DNA of 64,000 bases from an uncultured Chloroflexia bacterium (GTDB taxonomy: Bacteria > Chloroflexota > Limnocylindria > QHBO01), in contig CAVWZA010000019.1 in the NCBI GenBank assembly GCA_963759405.1, forward strand, positions 1,314-65,313. The letters run 5' to 3'. Under the pieces are notes generated by a model, which was given only the letters and a program-made list of their open reading frames with translations, ran no database searches and was not told where the DNA came from. A program made the position numbers and the translations under genes. Shown here piece by piece: positions 63,206-64,000 of the stretch (positions within the stretch are counted from its first letter, which is position 1; each line of letters begins with the position of its first letter).

Positions 63206-64000
63206 ATGACCTGGCGTCGCATCGCCCCGTGGCTCATCGGGGTGATCGCCCTCGTGGCGATCTTCATCGACCTGCCGCGCACGACGCTCGGCCTCGGCTG
63301 GCTGCCCGACGACGTTGCGGGGGCCCAGTTCCGGACCGTGCTCGGACTCGACCTCCAGGGCGGCCTGAGCGTGACGCTCAAGGTGCAGCAGCAGGGCGAC
63401 GAGCCGATCACCGACGAGCAGGTGGAGCTCGCGCGCGACACGATCGAACGGCGCGTCGCCGGCATCGGGGTCAGCGAGCCGCAGGTCCGTACGGAGACGT
63501 CCGGCGACGGTTCGCGGCTGATCGTGGTCGAGGTTCCCGGCGTCAGCGACGAGCAGCAGGTGCGCGACCTGGTCGGCTCGACCGGCCAGCTCCAGTTCAT
63601 CGACCCGATGGGCCAGCAGCTGACCGACGACCAGGACATCCGCCCGCTCCTCGAGCAGGGCGCCGTCCGGGAGCTGTTCGACGGGGGCGAGATCCAGCCG
63701 GGGAGCGTCGCTCCCGACGTCGGCCAGGGCAACCAGATCGGCGTCTCGTTCACGCTCACCGACCGGGGCAGCCAGATCTGGTGCGACTTCACGACGGCGA
63801 ACGTTCAGCAGCCCGGACCGATCGCGCTCGACGGCCGCATCATCACGACCCCGACCATCCAGGACCCGATCTGCGGCGGGCACGACGATCATCACCATCG
63901 GCACCGCCACGCCGGAGAACGAGGTCGAGCGCACGAACCTCTTCAACACGCTGCGCTTCGGCGCCCTGCCGGTCTCGCTCACCGAGACAGGCTGTGCTGA
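63206..64000 (+). CDS. secD: protein translocase subunit SecD; 3' end lies outside the window; one frame break
   Basis: N-terminal TM WLIGVIALVAIFIDL, ..LGLDLQGGLSVTLKV.., ..ERRVAGIGVSEPQV... After ~63880 the reading continues in another frame (..TTIITIGTATPENEVERTNLFNTLRFGALPVSL..). Confidence 0.8.
   Translation: MTWRRIAPWLIGVIALVAIFIDLPRTTLGLGWLPDDVAGAQFRTVLGLDLQGGLSVTLKVQQQGDEPITDEQVELARDTIERRVAGIGVSEPQVRTETSGDGSRLIVVEVPGVSDEQQVRDLVGSTGQLQFIDPMGQQLTDDQDIRPLLEQGAVRELFDGGEIQPGSVAPDVGQGNQIGVSFTLTDRGSQIWCDFTTANVQQPGPIALDGRIITTPTIQDPICGGHDDHHHRHRHAGERGRAHEPLQHAALRRPAGLAHRDRLC

Overview
The window is a very GC-rich stretch (roughly two-thirds to 70 % G+C by eye, not computed) of densely packed core chromosome. 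I saw no transposase, integrase, phage gene, CRISPR array or rRNA. There is one tRNA, tRNA-Leu(CAA). Gene content and regulatory motifs point to an Actinomycetota-like (possibly Chloroflexota-like) organism: an F420-type DDN oxidoreductase, an LCP protein, TadE/TadG pseudopilins, CebR/CelR-type operators, a CGAAC-N4-GTTCG SOS box, and TANNNT boxes placed directly before start codons.

Main blocks:
- (i) Small regulators with accessory enzymes: PadR, TetR, patatin, RibD_C reductase, NmrA-like SDR, esterase, PCD/VOC fusions, and a DDN-DUF2306 pair.
- (ii) dnaE.
- (iii) A J-domain/TM2/DUF2752 membrane operon, an amino-acid ABC transporter and a Rieske oxygenase.
- (iv) A decayed XRE-nuclease gene followed by a 91-aa ORF and a nitrilase.
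- (v) A KdpD(N-truncated)-KdpE two-component pair next to a KimA-type K+ importer.
- (vi) An ECF sigma/anti-sigma pair.
- (vii) polA-mutM-coaE, then an orphan CpaB/TadG-like/TadE module, then a uvrB-HicB/DinB-like-UDG operon.
- (viii) An ABC-2 exporter.
- (ix) A cellodextrin/cellulose cluster: GH3, LacI-type regulator, GH1, GH6.
- (x) uvrA (with a LexA box), a UvrD-like helicase, LCP, NUDIX, uvrC and the start of secD.

The dominant technical feature is about 30 single-nucleotide frame breaks. They include dnaE, uvrA and uvrC, and several sit in G/C homopolymer runs. I read them as assembly indels, so many ORF-track entries are fragments of one gene.

I found no convincing novel multi-gene system such as a defence island. 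The most interesting items are:
- the kdpDE-kimA linkage with an 11-bp-phased direct repeat;
- the orphan Tad-like module with Ca-binding-type loops;
- a family of ~50-bp-periodic repeats in three convergent intergenic regions;
- a recurrent leaderless-type promoter layout.
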